A stretch of DNA of 64,000 nucleotides from Epithemia pelagica (GCA_946965045.2 OX337236.1:3534001-3598000); one strand, 5' to 3'. Counted from the first letter of the stretch, positions 25,031 through 37,070 are shown. Numbers and translations are program-made. Notes: generated by a model from the sequence alone, not told the origin.

Positions 25031-25987
25031 AAGCAGTGGCGAGAAGGACCACCCATGAACAGGGGACGTTCTGGACATGCCGCTGTTGTGTGCAATGGCG
25101 GCATTTACGTGATGGGAGGAGACACTGGAGCACCTTTGGATTGTATCGAACAAATTGATGCCAATTATTTGCTGCAATCATCTTTGACAACCAGCATCAC
25201 ACACGAGATGAACTGGACGACATTGACATGTCGATTATCAACGGGCCGAGATGGATGTTGTGCTGTTGCGGTGCACAACCGATATATTGTTGTAATGGGT
25301 GGCTACAGCGATCATTATTTGTCGTCGGTGGATATTATTGATACCAGGAACCACACTGTCTCTGTGGGACCATCCATGAATGTTCCTCGATTTTGTTGTG
25401 CCAGTGTTGTTATTGGACACCGCATCTTTGTCGTTGGAGGTTGGAACGAGCATGGTCGTGTTGACAAGGTGGAGTATTTGTACTATGCAACACCCTGTGA
25501 CAGTGATGTGACAAAAAAGGAGATAGGCTTGACATTCATTTCTTTCTCACCCACCTGGACCACTCATTTGGAGTTGAGGCTTTCCAATGCACGAAGATCT
25601 TGTGCAGTGGTTGCCGTGGGATCTTGTCTGGTGGTGGCGGGACGACCCAGTCGAACCGTGGAAGTGTTGGATACGAACCGCAACCTCGTATGGAATCTTC
25701 CACCATTCGGGAATCACCGCGATGGCTGCAGTATGGTGACTGTTGCCGACCATGTTGCCGTGATTGGTGGATGGGAGAATCCTTCCTGTGCGACATTACC
25801 ACTAATGGATAGGAATTCATGGTGTTTTCGTCGACTTTGTGAGCAGCAATCGAACGGATGGTATCATTCTCTTGAAGGTGTGGGTATCCAAGATGATGAT
25901 ATCTCACCCTTCTCCACATCGACATCAGCTCGTAAACATGCAAGGCCCAATACGCACCGTGGTGATGAAGGGAAGGATGGAACTTGA
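24791..25987 (+). CDS. Kelch-repeat protein K5 (intact)
   Basis: Open ORF with six blades and the full tail (...RKHARPNTHRGDEGKDGT*). Confidence 0.9.
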   Translation: MTTTLKEEAWQSGLVLLDETHEWNFEDWPSLEGEGPYRHASVVLNHTDNNQEQTVVVFGGYRTGQGELDSILVLNLAESNKQWREGPPMNRGRSGHAAVVCNGGIYVMGGDTGAPLDCIEQIDANYLLQSSLTTSITHEMNWTTLTCRLSTGRDGCCAVAVHNRYIVVMGGYSDHYLSSVDIIDTRNHTVSVGPSMNVPRFCCASVVIGHRIFVVGGWNEHGRVDKVEYLYYATPCDSDVTKKEIGLTFISFSPTWTTHLELRLSNARRSCAVVAVGSCLVVAGRPSRTVEVLDTNRNLVWNLPPFGNHRDGCSMVTVADHVAVIGGWENPSCATLPLMDRNSWCFRRLCEQQSNGWYHSLEGVGIQDDDISPFSTSTSARKHARPNTHRGDEGKDGT

Positions 25988-26990
25988 AATTTGCAACGTA
26001 TAGCATGTATGTCCTAACATTGGCGGAACTATAGCATTCTCATTTTATTCTCAAACAGTTGTTGCATTGTTTTCTTCTTGGCATTGCGACCTATAGAGAT
26101 ACCATGTACTTCGTTGTACTACCTAGTAGAGAACGAAAGTTACAACATCCGGCATGACACCGCAAACAGGAGTGGAGCCAGGCCTTGGGTAGATGTCTAT
26201 GGTACCATGTCTCTCTGCTGTTGAATGGGTCGAGTTATCTTCCTGTGGAAGATTATGGTTGCGTACGTGAAACACTAAGCTCAGCGACTCGTTTGGACGG
26301 TCGTCTTCGTTCCGACCATGCGTTCAATTGTCCTTTTATGGCCCATGCCTGTGTGAGAGGACAGTACGCCGTCTCTTGACGCTTGTGGTTGCGGGTGACA
26401 GGACATTTGCGAATCCTTTGGAATTTGTGACACCGTCGTGTTCGATATTTTCTCCAAATACAGCAACGATACTTTATCATGAGGTGGGCAATTTGATTGC
26501 ATCGATCCAGCAATCAGTCTCTCCGTAGTGGCTCGTTAACAGTCCATGGTTATCGGTCCATGGGGATCAACAAGAACAATCGCAGTGTGCAAAGTTATGT
26601 CTTGCCCCTCAATGCCAGTTCCACCGAAACCTTGTTGCACGATTAGCACCAACAAAACCACGACCCGCGCAGATCATGTCTTGGCTGTCGTCTAACAGCA
26701 GTGTTGGACCTCGATCACTACCACATTTGCGTCTCGTACCGAACTCAGCAGTACCAACAACAAAACCACGACCACGAATGGCGCCGATCATGTCTTGGCT
26801 GTAGCCTTATAGAACTTGTTGTTGTTGTTCTTCTTCTTGTTCGTTGGATTCTGGTTGGCGTTGGCTTGAATATTCATATGTAGACTTGAAAGGGCGATGC
26901 GACCCTTTCCCATAATCAATTCTTCTCTACTCCAATCGGACGCGTCGGGAGGGAGTTGAATAGCGTGCCATACTTCAATCCGTAGTACTG
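25988..26990 (+). repeat. Spacer module duplicated from ~2577-3640 (downstream of K1)
   Basis: Colinear similarity, e.g. CCGCAAACAGGAGTGGAGCCAGGCCTTGG, CAGCAATCAGTCTCTCCGTAGTGGCTCG and TTCAATCCGTAGTACTGCACTCCTCGTCAC in both. A more diverged copy follows K12 (~49700-50200). Confidence 0.8.
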
Positions 26991-28628
26991 CACTCCTCGT
27001 CACCGGCGCAACTACCCTCTTGGTCCGACTTTGAGCATTCGTTGCAAACATGATGTTTCCATTCATAGCTGTCGTCATATCCTCGTAAGTACCGACCAAA
27101 GGAGAATACATGGTTGTACTCCTAGTAGTGCCTAGAGGGATGTAGACAACCGGCAACCTCCCACCACAGGGTCGGGTCGACTCGTCCTGATGCGCATATG
27201 CTGGAACCACACAAGACGAAGAAACGTGTCGGTCGCGTTCTTGTGGGCCAGAATGGACAGCAGTGTGGGCGACAACCAGGAAGGTACTGCTTGCCACCCA
27301 ACCTGTTTCAAGCAGTTGTTGTGACACTGTACATTGTCGAACGTGTGTATCGTATGCTTGTGTGTTGGAGTTCCGGACCAACACTTTTTGTGCGCAGGAG
27401 GAGTATTCGACGGGCAAGATGTGGCATCCCTCTAGTATTTTAGTGGCTTTCCCTGGACAGCCTGAAACCAACAGTCACTCCGCATGGCGCAAGAATAGCG
27501 CCAGCGTCATCGTCCAATTCCAACCACACCAGGAGCCCATGTCCTTGACACTGGAACACAGTGTTGTGCGTCCACTCTCACTACCAACGGTTGAAAATCT
27601 TCTCAAAACGCGTTTGTTTCTGGTTCTCCCAGAGATTGCGAGTCTTCCACGGTTGCAGCAGCCAATCGGGATGGATGCGGTGCGCAAGAGTCGTCGACAC
27701 TCTTGTCCTACCACCAAGAGCAGTCTCGCAAGGCTCGTTTCACAGACCAAGCTCGTTCGGGTGGTGGTTGGCGCATACCAATCACAAATCCGTGGGCACC
27801 GAAAATATCCCAAAGACATTAGCTTTCCGCACGTATAGGAGGAGCCTGTTTCAAGAAATGATACCAAATGGTCTTGTTGAAGTCATGAATTGTATCACTC
27901 TCCGTTTGTCGAATTCCAATTCCTGATTGTGTGGATTGGAGGATCCCATGATTTTGGGAGGAGGCGTAATGATGGATTCCACCATTAGGGATGACAGATA
28001 CTCGTCACGTGACACTGTGTCATGAGACACCAAGCTTCCATGGCTTGTATGGGTAAGCCGACTACCAAAGGAGAACGAGTAGTGTAGTAGTTGTTGATAA
28101 GGAGGATGTTTTTGTTGTTGCCGAATAGGAAATAGAGGTGGTTGCCCTTTTGTCGTCCGTCAATCAGGATCTCAGCCGTTTTGCTGCTCATAGACGACCG
28201 GAAACAAGACGAGCAAACGGAGAAGGATAACCACGCGAACGTTTCATGACACGGAATGGATTCGAATCCCTTGCAGAGACCACGTTGTGTTGGTAGTGTT
28301 GTTGCTCCTGCCGTCCTTCATTCTCTCTTTCGAAGAGAACAGCACCACTCCCATAGCTCGAATTCGGTACACTTGGTCAACGAAGAAAATATGATGATCA
28401 TGCGCCGTCTTGTCCATCTTTCTTGTTTTGCTGGATCTATGAATTCGAATCTGCTGTTTTGTTCTGTCATGCATTATATGTGCGACCCACTCTTGCCCAA
28501 GATTGCGTACCTACGACAGACATTCTGGCTCAAATGCTTCCACGCGTAGTTCAGAAAATTTTGAGTTGATGTTCCATCAGTCCGCATCCATCAGCATCAA
28601 AACTGATGCCTTTCGGTCCTCCTCAGGC

Positions 28629-28843
28629 AGGTTCGGTCTTGTGGGAGCGTGATATTTTCTCATATCATAATTTTTGCGCGCTGAAAGACATTCTCCAGCG
28701 TGATAGGATGATAAGGATGAATATCATGCGTCAAAAATTTGCGCATGATATTCATCCTTATCATCTTGTCACGCTGCCATGTCAGGACACGCGCGCAAAA
28801 ATTATGATATGAGAAAATATCACGCTCCCATAAAACCGAACCT
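28629..28843. mobile_element. 215-bp foldback / MITE-like palindrome in the K6 promoter
   Basis: Outer arms AGGTTCGGTCTTGTGGGAGCGTGATATTTTCTCATATCATAATTTTTGCGCGC and its reverse complement (2 mismatches). Inner arms 28696-28730 / 28742-28776 (2 mismatches), 11-nt loop. It interrupts the upstream sequence conserved in paralogs. No clear TSD. Confidence 0.75.
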
Positions 28844-28874
28844 CATAAATTCGCTGCTGTCATTGTGTGTAACC

Positions 28875-29933
28875 ATGACCACGGCACTGAAAGAACAAGC
28901 CAGGCAGTCGGGCCTTGTCCTTTCAGACGGGACAGCAGAATGGAATGAGAACAACTGGCCTCCTCTTATGGGTGCATGGCGTTATCGTCATGCTACGGTT
29001 GTACTAAATCATCCCGATACGGACGGCAACGACAACAACCCGAAGAGACAAACCGTCGTGGTGTTGGGAGGACATCAACAAGGTCAAGGCTATACCAAGT
29101 CCGTGCTTGTATTGAATTTAGCAGACCCAAACAAACAGTGGCGAGAAGGGCCATCCATGAACAAGGCACGTTATGGACATGCAAGTGTTGTGTGCAATGG
29201 AGGTGTCTACGTGATGGGAGGAAACGCCGGCTATTCAAGGTGGGATTGCATGGAACAAATAAATGCCACCGATTTGCTCCAACCATCTTCGACATCAAGC
29301 AGCTCGAAGAAGAGCCATTGGACAACATTGACATGTCGCTTATCAACGAGACGATCAGGATGTTGTGCTGTTGCGGTTCACAACCGATACATCGTTGTAA
29401 TGGGTGGCTACAACGATCGTTATTTGCCGTCGGTGGATATTATTGATACAAACAACCACATAGTCACTGCGGGACCATCCATGACTGTTCCACGATCATA
29501 TTGTGCTGGTGTGGTCATTGGTCACCGCATCTTTGTCGTTGGAGGCCGTAACGAGAACGGCCAACTTGACTCGGTGGAGTATTTGAACTTTGCAGAGGAG
29601 AGAAAAGACGACTCTTTGTCTACAGTCATTTCCTTCTCGTCCAGTTGGATCACTCATTCTCATTTGGTACTTTCCAATGCACCATATTCTTGTACAGTGG
29701 TTGCCGTGGGATCTTGTCTGGTGGTGGCAGGAGGACGAACCGTGGAAGTCTTGGATACGCACTTCAACCGCGTGTGGAATCTACCTGGACTGCAAGAACA
29801 ACGATGGGGCTGCGGTATGGTGACTGTTGCCAATCAGGTTGCCGTGATTGGTGGAGAGCTCAATCCTACCTGTGCGACATTGCCACTCGTGGACAAGAAT
29901 ACGTGGTGTTTTCGTCGTCTCTGTGAACAGTAG
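28875..29933 (+). CDS. Kelch-repeat protein K6 (propeller intact, tail truncated)
   Basis: Open from MTTALKEQ to RRLCEQ*. The stop is CAG>TAG relative to paralogs and lies after the last blade. Confidence 0.85.
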   Translation: MTTALKEQARQSGLVLSDGTAEWNENNWPPLMGAWRYRHATVVLNHPDTDGNDNNPKRQTVVVLGGHQQGQGYTKSVLVLNLADPNKQWREGPSMNKARYGHASVVCNGGVYVMGGNAGYSRWDCMEQINATDLLQPSSTSSSSKKSHWTTLTCRLSTRRSGCCAVAVHNRYIVVMGGYNDRYLPSVDIIDTNNHIVTAGPSMTVPRSYCAGVVIGHRIFVVGGRNENGQLDSVEYLNFAEERKDDSLSTVISFSSSWITHSHLVLSNAPYSCTVVAVGSCLVVAGGRTVEVLDTHFNRVWNLPGLQEQRWGCGMVTVANQVAVIGGELNPTCATLPLVDKNTWCFRRLCEQ

Positions 29934-29989
29934 CCCAACGGATGGTACCAGTTCCGGGAAAGAATAGATATCCGACATGTTCATATTTC

Positions 29990-30905
29990 ACTAACAAGGC
30001 ATGATACACGCCGTGGTGATGAAGGGACGGATGAAACTTGAAGTGGGCATCACGTTGCTTTAATGTCCTAGAATGGTGAAGCTATCTAATAATCATTTTG
30101 ATCTCAAACATGTTGATCTCAAACAGTTTTCGTAGTGTCCGCTGCCTGCGGAGTTCTCATGTGAATCCTTATTGTAAAAATGAAATCATCAATCATGTCA
30201 TACGACGTGTCCGGGATAACGCGACTGTTCCGAAACGACAAAACAATGTCATGGATTCTGCAGAGTTTTGCTCTGTGTTGAGTGCTACTGTCGTATTGTT
30301 GAGTACTTTGGCAGTCCCTGAAGTATTTCTCCGTGGCAAGTAATACTCCCTCGCACCACCCGTTTCCATCCTCGGAATGCATAGGCTAGTCTCCTTGTCC
30401 ACATAACAGGGAGACACTCTCGTGACTGTGGAGACTGACCGAGACGCGCTATTGGAGCTACCTTGATCTAACCAAGCATCAATGACGGTGTGCATTTGCT
30501 CTGGCTACGGTTGATTGTTTTCTTGCCTTGAAAAAGTTGTGGTCGGAGCAGGGGTCCATGGTTCGGACGTCAATGACAAAAAGGGTTGTGGGGAAGCAAA
30601 AGTCTGGGAAAGCTTGTAGTGTGGGACTGCCTGAACAACCACTATGTCGCCGAACGAGTGGAATTCAACACCAACCAAGAATCGGACATGTGCACGTCAG
30701 GTAAGCGAGACGTTTTACCTGGAACACGGCAAACTCGAACGGTTGGGTCATGATTGTCCGTCAGAACACAAAAACGCGCGGTGGAACCATACCAATTCGA
30801 CCTGTACCCAATGTGAGATAGTGTCCATCTTGCTTCTGGGCGGTAAAGAGAGCGGCGTAGCATCCCAAATTTCGAGTGCCGCAAGGTCTTCAATGGCATT
30901 CCATC
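29990..30905 (+). repeat. Spacer module duplicated from ~7740-8640 (downstream of K2); part repeated again at ~31150-31450
   Basis: Shared GAAACTTGAAGTGGGCATCACGTTGC, GCAGAGTTTTGCTCTGTGTTGAGTGCTA and AAGAATCGGACATGTG motifs, colinear. Confidence 0.75.
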
Positions 30906-31624
30906 GTGCCATATTTCGCGGCGAATATACGGCACCAGGGTTTAAAAGTCGCTGCTGGCACAAGATCGTGTGGAGCCGACAAACACGATAGGCATCCAAA
31001 CGCGCAGCGTCGTCTTGGAAGACGATCAATGGTAGAAAGAGATACCGTCAAAGAAAAACCAAGGTCACGCCCGTCCAACGAGCAAGGGGAGATTGAGAGG
31101 TTACTATTGAATGACCGCTCCGACCTCACTGAAAGAAAATTCATGCCTTTGGTGTGGGACTGCCTCAACAACCACTATGTCCCCGAGCGAGTGGAGTTCA
31201 ACACCAACCAAGAATCGGACATGTGGACCATGGCCAAATCGGATGTCAGGTCAGCGAAACGTTTCACCTGGAGCACGACAAACTCAAAAGGTTTGGTGAT
31301 GATTGTCAGTTAGAACCCAAAAACGCGCGGTGGAATTTGACCAATTCGACTAGTACCCGATGTGAGATACTGTCCATCTTGCTTCTGGGCGGTAAAGAGA
31401 GCGGCATGGCATCCCAATTCCAGAGTGTCACAAGGTCTTCAGTGGCATTCAATCATAGGGTTTGGAAGTCGCTGCTGGCATCAAGTTGACTTATCTAATC
31501 CTTTCCATATTCGCACAAGAGAGTGTGGAAGCGGCGAACACGATATGCATCCAAACGCTGACCAACGTCACGCCCGTCCAACGAGCAAGGGTAGCTTGAG
31601 AGGTCACTATTGCATTACCATTGG

Positions 31625-32425
31625 TTGAAGTCAACAGTTTGAGCATTGTTTTGCCAACTCGGTATACCAAACGACAGGTGCGCTTGAGAGTAAATGACAT
31701 TTTGGGTGGCAGCTTCTAGGATGCATCCTTTCTCTCCCTACGTGCGCTTCGAATATGGATAGCATTGATTCTTTTGAGGTGAGTGAATCAGCTATTTCCA
31801 AAAGGCGTCTACCAAGGTCGACAACGCTTAAGGACACACAGTCGCCACGAAAGCTCATGACTGTTGGACCATACGGAATAGCCAGTTTGAGACAGGAATC
31901 AAGAAGGTGCAAATCTCTGCAGTTTTCTTGTGCGACACGTTAGTTCTGAGTTGTTTGATATTGCCTCCCAATCGCGAACCACTTGTGATCGTGGTACTAT
32001 GATTTCCTTCTGGTATGCTTTGGTGGCCGAAGACACACCATTTATGGTGAAGGACACATCGTCTGGTACCAACTAGAAGTTGGGGTCATGTTGCTGCAAG
32101 GCGGAAGAGGAACATGGTTCCATGTGGTGGTGGGAGTCATTGGTTCGGTGCAACAGTGCCACTTGCAAGTACCAGAGTGTTGGTGTGGATGTTGCCGGTT
32201 GCCAGTTGTTGTGGTTTGGGTGTTGAGACTTTGTCGTTGTATCTCAAATGGTCCTGCTATAATTGTCTGGTGGCTGGGCCATCGTCGTCGTGCTAGTTGT
32301 TATGGTTGCTTGATGTAGCCAGGGAAGAGCTTGACTCGTGGTGGCCGTTGTAGGTAGGTGCCTTGTTGGTGTGGTTGTTCATGTCTGGTGATTGGTGGAA
32401 GCAACATCCCCACTCGTTGTTCTAC
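31625..32425 (+). repeat. Spacer module duplicated from ~19470-20300
   Basis: Colinear, e.g. CCAACTCGGTATACCAAACGACA and GGCGGAAGAGGAACATGGTTCCATGTGGTGGTGGGAGTCATTGGTTCGGTGCAACAGTGCCACTTGCAAGT. Confidence 0.8.
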
Positions 32426-32431
32426 ATTCCT

Positions 32432-33429
32432 GACATGTGCACCACGGCCAAATCGGACGTCAGGTCAGCGAGACGTTTTACCTGGAACACGGCAAACTCA
32501 AAGGTTAAGTGATGATTGTCCGTCAGAACACCAAACCGCGCGGTGGAACCTGACCAATTCGACTACGCAATGTGAGATATTGGCCATCTTGCTTCTTCTG
32601 GGCGATAAAGAGAGCGGCGTAGCATCCCAATTCCCGACTGTCGCAAGGTCTTGAGTGGCATTCAATCGTGCCACAATGTGGAACGTTGAGACTTTGTTAT
32701 TGTCTCTTCAAGGTCCTGCTGCTATTGTCTTGAGGCAGAGCCGCAGTCGTCATCATCCTGCTAGTCATCATGGTTGCTTGATGAAGCCAGGGAAGAGCTT
32801 GGCTCGTGGTGGTCGTTGTAGGGAGGGGAGGTGTCTTGTTGGTGTGTGGTTATTGGTGAAAGCAACCTCACCACTCGTTGTTCTGCCACAGCTGAGTGAC
32901 CGTTGACCAAACTCGAGGCCTGTTCCACTCCTGTACATTCCTGACACATCCGCAGATGGACCCGTCCACAATTGGATTTGTTCATTCCAAAGGCTGGTTT
33001 CTCTACATTGTCGTGACAGTGGGGTCCTCATCTGGTTTGGCTCTATAAAAGGCTGTGGGTTGTTTTGACATGAGAATGTTTCGACGGTTTGTTCTTGTGG
33101 ATGTTGTCCATCGTTTGGTTTTGGGAACAGATCTGGATTCGCGCATCTTTTGTGGGGAAAGATACGCTCTGCTTGCTGTGGTCGTGTCATGAAGTCTATG
33201 TGCGATATCGTACATGCGACAGACGCTCTTTGTGGGTCCAAAGCTTCCACGTGTATTCTAAGAGAGTCCTCGTCGTGCTTCCATCCATACAAATCAGACT
33301 CGCAACAGCCGCGAACGCACTCCACATAAATTCTGCAGTCAAATCGTTTCGAAGCATGCCCACGGCATTGAAAGAAGAAGCCTGGCAGTCGGGCCTTGTC
33401 CTTTCAGACGGGACAGCAGAATGGAATGA
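32432..33429 (+). repeat. Near-identical duplicate of 8412-9408 (K3 upstream region and start)
   Basis: About 1 kb with only scattered substitutions. ORFs 8635-8886/32655-32906, 8748-9305/32768-33325 and 9069/33089 translate almost identically. Confidence 0.9.
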
Positions 33430-33430
33430 G
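33356..33430 (+). pseudogene. Kelch K7, 5' stub only
   Basis: MPTALKEEAWQSGLVLSDGTAEWNE, then an abrupt junction into the K8 upstream sequence (CATAACCGCAGAGCAAACC). Confidence 0.8.
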
Positions 33431-33516
33431 TATCATAACCGCAGAGCAAACCTACGTGTCTCTTACAAGACAGTGTCGTGATCCCCATAAATTATGCAGT
33501 GGAAACGTTTGGAACC

Positions 33517-34731
33517 ATGAGCATGACACTGAAAGAACAAGCATGGCAGTCGGGCCTTGTCTTATCGGACGAGACAACAGAGTGGAATGAAAACGATTGG
33601 CCTCCTCTCGAGAGTGGATGGCGTGACGAACATGCTACGGTCGTACTTGATCATCCCGATAAAGACAATAAAAACAACAAGAGACACACGGTCGTCGTGC
33701 TGGGAGGATATCAACAAAGCCAACGATATGTCAATTCCGTTCTCGTATTGAATCTTGCAGACCCAAACAAGCAGTGGCGAGAAGGGCCATCCATGAACAA
33801 GGCACGTTCTGGACATGCTGCTGTTGTGTGCAATGGCGGCGTCTACGTCATGGGTGGGAGCAATGCAGGTTCAAGTTTTGATCATATCGAACAAATTGAT
33901 TCCAATGATTTGCTTCGATCATACTTAACAACCACCACCACTCAGGATAGTCATTGGACAACATTGACATGTCGCTTATCAATGGGACGATCAGGATGTT
34001 GTGCTGCCGCGGTTCACAACCGATACATCGTTGTAATCGGTGGCTACAATGATCGTTTTTTGTCGTCGGTGGATATTTTTGATGCCGCAAACCACACTGT
34101 CACTGCGGGACCAAGCTTGACTGTGAACCGACAATTTTGTTCCAGTGCGGTCGTTGGACACCAAATCTTTGTCGTTGGAGGCCGAAACGAGGACGGAAAT
34201 CTTGACTCGGTGGAGTACATAGACTTTGAAACACCCTGTGACAGTGATGCGACAAAAAAGGAGACTTGTTCGACATTCATTTCTCTCTCGTCCACATGGA
34301 TTACTCACTCTGCTTTGGTGCTTTCCAACCCTAGAGATTGCTGTGCAATGGTAGCCATGGGATCTTGTCTGGTGGTGACGGGAGGATGGGACAATTCAAC
34401 CGTGGAAGTCTTGGATACGAACCGCAACCTTGTGTGGAATCTTCCGCTATTGGAAAATCCCCGCGATGGCTGCAGCATAGTGACTGTTGCCAATCAAGTT
34501 GCCGTGATTGGTGGAGGGCGAAATTCTACCTGTGCAACATTACCACTAATGGATAGGAATTCGTGGTGTTTTCGTCGACTCTGTGAGCAGCAATCGAACG
34601 GATGGTATCATTCGCTTCAAGGTATGGGTATCCGAGATGCTGATATCTCACCCTTCTCCACATCGACATCAGCTCGTAAACGAGCAAGGCAGAATACGCG
34701 CCAATATAAGAAAGGGTCTGATGAAACATAA
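33517..34731 (+). CDS. Kelch-repeat protein K8 (intact)
   Basis: Open ORF MSMTLKEQAWQSG...RKRARQNTRQYKKGSDET*. Confidence 0.9.
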   Translation: MSMTLKEQAWQSGLVLSDETTEWNENDWPPLESGWRDEHATVVLDHPDKDNKNNKRHTVVVLGGYQQSQRYVNSVLVLNLADPNKQWREGPSMNKARSGHAAVVCNGGVYVMGGSNAGSSFDHIEQIDSNDLLRSYLTTTTTQDSHWTTLTCRLSMGRSGCCAAAVHNRYIVVIGGYNDRFLSSVDIFDAANHTVTAGPSLTVNRQFCSSAVVGHQIFVVGGRNEDGNLDSVEYIDFETPCDSDATKKETCSTFISLSSTWITHSALVLSNPRDCCAMVAMGSCLVVTGGWDNSTVEVLDTNRNLVWNLPLLENPRDGCSIVTVANQVAVIGGGRNSTCATLPLMDRNSWCFRRLCEQQSNGWYHSLQGMGIRDADISPFSTSTSARKRARQNTRQYKKGSDET

Positions 34732-35391
34732 CGATTTTGTTCTCGAGTGGTTGACTTGTTTTCTACATTCAATTCTAATCCTAGGACTTAGTAAGTGTTT
34801 ACACGAAAGTAGAAAGAACACGTTGCAAGATAGGAGGTACTTCTTTGTTGTCAAAGGCTGGAAGGAACGATCCGACTTGTGTAATGACGCGACAAGAATC
34901 TGGTGCTTTGTCGTGGCATCGTGGCACTGTACACGATACAAAATCGTCGTCCATGGATTGGTAGTTGTGGCAGCTAGGGCAAGAACCGACAGTGGTATAT
35001 TCCAAAAAGGAAGAGTTTCGTCCAACCTCTCGATTTGGCTTTGGTTTATGGTCTCGTGTTGATGAATCCGACAAAAGGACGAAACGGATGGATCCAAAGG
35101 TCCAATGATGAGAGGAGCAGGAGCAGAAACACGACAAGACGAAACCTTGTTAGAACTGATGTTGTCCGCTTCTGAGGGTTCTTTCTCGAAATTTGACAAT
35201 ATGTCGACTTTGGATGAAAGTAAGGAAGACCGTGTCATGTCTAATTCCGACATGATAACCAAGAACAGTTTGTCCCTCTCAGAGGAGTCACCGCGCTCCA
35301 ATCGCAAATGCCTTCCTCTACCTGCTGTTGCATGTGAATCGCAATACCTTGTTGCACTTGGCCCAATGAAGATGATGACGACGACGACGAC

Positions 35392-35660
35392 AAATACACA
35401 CGGTCGGCTGTCCATCCACCAACCACGGAGGAGACGGCCGAGGATGGCGATGTCGCCTCGTCGTTGGCCGTGGTATGATTGTTGGTGGAATAGGCCCCTG
35501 AATTGTCGCAGCAACGCAATACTCATGGGAGTTTGCCGATTCATTTGGCCTGTCAAGCCCATACGACCGAAGGTGTTCGATTCTTGTTCAAGTTTCCTTC
35601 TCTCATGGAGGAACTTGATGACCAGGGACGTACACCGCATCTCTTTTGCAAGACTCTTGG
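35392..35660 (+). pseudogene. Decayed ankyrin-repeat gene fragment (paralog of 18130-18478)
   Basis: SSLAVV*LLVE*APELSQQRNTHGSLPIHLACQAHTTEGVRFLFKFPSLMEELDDQGRTPHLF, with in-frame stops. Confidence 0.6.
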
Positions 35661-36371
35661 CTACGATACCTTGCAAGTTGAACAGGCCACGATACAAACC
35701 CCTGCAACATTGTCATCGTCGTGGTTGAGATTTCATCTCGTCAGGCGGACAGTTGCAACAAGGACAGTATCCCTCCAGAACAAGCCCGAGAAGAACCCAT
35801 CAAATCGGATCCAGGATCGTGACAGTTGTCGCAATAACGACAACAAGGAATCGAGTCTTGCCGTTGCCACACCACAACCTCCCCGACAACCAACGAAGCC
35901 ACAAAAGAAGAAGGCCGTCCTCTTTCATCCTTCTGGCATATCTCTTTCCCGCGGCATTGACGACGACGAGTCAGGAAACCTCCACCACCACTACTTTCAA
36001 TGTCAGTTCCACCGAAACCTTGTTGCACGACAACAACACTGTCGAACAGCATCAGTGTTGGACCTCGACCACTACATCCTTTGTGCTTCTTACCGAACTC
36101 AGCAGCAGCACCAACAACACAACCACGACAACGAACGCCGCCGGTCATGTCTTGGCCATTATGGAAGCCTTGCCACCCACACCGTATGAATGGTTATTGG
36201 TGTTGGAACACGAGTCGCCCGAGGCGGTTGTGGTCGAATGGTTTTGCTCGTCGGTGTCGGAATGGCGAAATTCGTGTATCTGTTTCTTGGTTGTCGTGGA
36301 ATCGCCCGATCGTCTGGCTCGCTTATCACACCGATTGGGTGGAGTGTGGGTCGCTTCGACCTTTGGTGCAA

Positions 36372-37070
36372 TCACCACAACGCTGTTTCTGCCGTCACTC
36401 CAATTTCTTCTTGTTGATGATTCTCTAGAAGAAAGGGTAGGTGCTTTATGAGGTCAGGTTTGTCGCCATGCTTGGACGGAAACCAAAGCACCAACGAGTT
36501 CCAATCCTTCACCAACCGTTGGAGGATGGCAGGACCAACCTTGAGCCATGGCCCAAGTTGTTCGTGATATCTCAGATGTAAAACAAACCGTTCCCAGCTT
36601 GGTGACGTTTTTAGTAGATTGGCGAGCATTTCAACTCCTTGGTCTGGAGTGCCAATAGGGAGACTCAAAACAAAATATTTCCAATAGGTTTGTCGACGGA
36701 GAGCCTTGGTCAGTATGTCGACATGTTTTGTCGTTTCTAAAACCAGATCAAACACTCGCCAGACTGTATTGCCATGCAGTGAGTGGGCAACGGATCCCAG
36801 TCCTCCATAAAAATTAGATGGACATCTATAGTGAAACGATTCCCAGCATTGATTGCAACACAAGGCACATGACAATTCTACCAATTCACAGTCGTCGAAC
36901 AGAGCTGGCTTATCAAAAAACCATGCTGAGCCCCGAAGTTGGAATGATTTCCATGTTTTGTTGACACTCAAGGCTTCACCCAAGGCTTTGACTCCATTCA
37001 CAGAAGAAAACTGCACCTTATAGAGCTGGAAGTTGGTCCATTGAGTATTTTGCTGCAGTGCTTTTGCTGT
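36372..37070 (-). pseudogene. RNI/LRR-like repeat protein fragment or terminal exon
   Basis: 233 open codons with six ~28-aa repeats: ALQQNTQWTNFQL, ALSVNKTWKSFQL, ALCCNQCWESFHY, SLHGNTVWRVFDL, ALRRQTYWKYFVL, LLKTSPSWERFVL. They resemble the RI-type AL..N.TL..L.L pattern. No initiating ATG; a possible acceptor TTTTGAACAG lies near 37070. Confidence 0.55.
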
